From Porphyridium purpureum (taxonomy: Eukaryota), in the NCBI GenBank assembly GCA_008690995.1, contig VRMN01000004.1, positions 1,488,001-1,552,000 on the forward strand: a DNA stretch of 64,000 nucleotides, in the 5' to 3' direction. Below, piece by piece: positions 62,708-64,000 of this stretch. How positions within the stretch are numbered: the first letter of the stretch is position 1; the number at the start of each line of letters is the position of its first letter. The position numbers and the translations under genes were made by a program. The notes below the pieces were generated by a model. The model saw nothing but the letters and a program-made list of their open reading frames with translations, searched no databases and was not told the origin of the DNA.

Positions 62708-64000
62708 ATGGGTGGCGAGGACGAGGGTGAGAATGGCGTGAAAGCGGAACCCGCGGGAGCAGGTGGTGCGGTGTCGACTGCTGCGCAAGGTGGAGCGGCA
62801 GATCCCGAGAATGGGACGGCGGTGCGAGTGCCGCTGGATGGGGTCGCGGTGGATGCCGATGTGAGTCGCGCGATGGATGTGCCGCACAAGGCAGGTAATG
62901 CTGCGGCCGAGAGTGGTCGTGCGGGGTCTTCTGTGGGTGAGGAAGGAGCGAAGCAGCCGGTGGAACAACTGGATCAACGGAAGGGAGCGCCCCCGATCAA
63001 TAAGCTTGCCGACGTGGGCAACAACAATGACCGGCAGGAACTCGCTGCGGTCAAGACCGAGCAGGTGTCTGCGAATACAGTGCAACATAATTCTGCAGAT
63101 CAGAGTGTTTTGCAGTCGTCGAAAGGTCCGACAGAGTCTGCCGCGGACACAGCAGACACGGTCGTTGTGCGACCTGTTTTTGCTCAGGCTCAGGCTCCTG
63201 CCAGTGATACTCAGAACGAGGCACGGCCTGGGGCTCCAGAAGCCTCGGAAGCGCCCGCCCGCATGGATATACCAACTCAGATTCCCCTGCCTGGTGATTC
63301 TTCGCCTCAGGTCGACCTGGAAGGTGCCAAGAATCGGCGAGCAGGGCCGCCTCCAGCCAGTGCTGCGTCGAAACGGCCTGCAAGTCCTGCGGCTATTGTC
63401 AAGGTAACCAAGGCAAAGCCGAAGCGGCAAAAAGTAGCATCCTCGTCCTCCGCTCCCGGCGGTGCAGGGGTACCGGCCACCGCCACCGGTGCTCTTGCGA
63501 CTTCCGCAACTGCACCGCCTCCGTCGGCGTCGCCCCGCGCCCAACCGTCGATGCGCAAGACAGCACGCCGTGGCTCCGCGGCTGCCCATATCAGGTCGTC
63601 GCCGCGCCTGGGGGCTCAAAACCACAATACGCGTTGGGCCGGCACGGCATCGTGGGAAAACGCCATGCCGATAAGCGGCAGCGTGGCCGAGTACCGCGCC
63701 GGCTGCATGCAGCTCGAGAAGGCGAGGCATTCGCGCGTTTTCGACGCACAGCGCAAACGCCTTCTTGGCGAGCAGCGCGCGCGCTGGGTGCTCGACCACG
63801 AGACTCGGCTCATTGAGGAACAGCATGAGGCAGCCGTGCACATGCTAACACTCAGTGTACTCCAGAAGGTGTTTCAGAAGCAGCAAGCTGTCGAAGAGCT
63901 GTTGTATGGAATTCGCAAACCGCCTGCGGCTTCGACTACCAATGCGGCGAGGGAAATGGAGCCCAGTGCGGCACAAGCAAAGACGAGCGGTGCAGGTTTA
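62708..64000 (+). CDS. 5' part of a protein with disordered N-terminus and Sds3/BRMS1-like coiled coil; runs off the window
   Basis: Manual translation from ATG 62708 (MGGEDEGENGVKAEP...) is stop-free to 64000; includes EYRAGCMQLEKARHSRVFDAQRKR...EEQHE...LQKVFQKQQAVEE. Confidence 0.65.
   Translation, partial: MGGEDEGENGVKAEPAGAGGAVSTAAQGGAADPENGTAVRVPLDGVAVDADVSRAMDVPHKAGNAAAESGRAGSSVGEEGAKQPVEQLDQRKGAPPINKLADVGNNNDRQELAAVKTEQVSANTVQHNSADQSVLQSSKGPTESAADTADTVVVRPVFAQAQAPASDTQNEARPGAPEASEAPARMDIPTQIPLPGDSSPQVDLEGAKNRRAGPPPASAASKRPASPAAIVKVTKAKPKRQKVASSSSAPGGAGVPATATGALATSATAPPPSASPRAQPSMRKTARRGSAAAHIRSSPRLGAQNHNTRWAGTASWENAMPISGSVAEYRAGCMQLEKARHSRVFDAQRKRLLGEQRARWVLDHETRLIEEQHEAAVHMLTLSVLQKVFQKQQAVEELLYGIRKPPAASTTNAAREMEPSAAQAKTSGAGL

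Noticed and set aside
62585..63841. 418-aa minus-strand ORF in the track
   Set aside because: Antisense shadow of the open + strand ORF starting at 62708.

Overview
This is gene-dense, GC-rich eukaryotic nuclear DNA with about 30 protein-coding genes. Each recognisable gene appears to be a single exon. Several begin with MAF(V)-type plastid transit peptides or Arg-rich mitochondrial presequences. This combination points to an intron-poor unicellular red alga such as Porphyridium (inference). Recognisable genes are a class 3 lipase (partial), F-box protein, mitochondrial carrier, inositol-phosphate synthase, SNF1/CIPK-like kinase, KDPG aldolase, queuine tRNA-ribosyltransferase, GATA, MYB and C2H2 transcription factors, glycine decarboxylase P, G3P dehydrogenase, a 4-domain voltage-gated channel, copper amine oxidase, V-ATPase subunits H, G and a, 6-PG dehydrogenase, SDH1, and plastid RF1 and Der. 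Best leads: (1) the 4-domain channel has a non-canonical A/E/S/D selectivity filter; (2) a tandem pair of unknown proteins shares a dsRBD-like domain, one apparently plastid- and one mitochondrion-targeted; (3) two apparent pseudoenzymes, a SufS-like protein without its PLP Lys or persulfide Cys and an LMW-PTP duplicate without its catalytic Cys and Asp; (4) three V-ATPase subunit genes within 8 kb; (5) a strongly intergenic-enriched GTACAGT motif, often paired at an exact 14-nt period. I could not support any tRNA, rRNA, CRISPR array or intact mobile element. All alignments and counts were done by eye.
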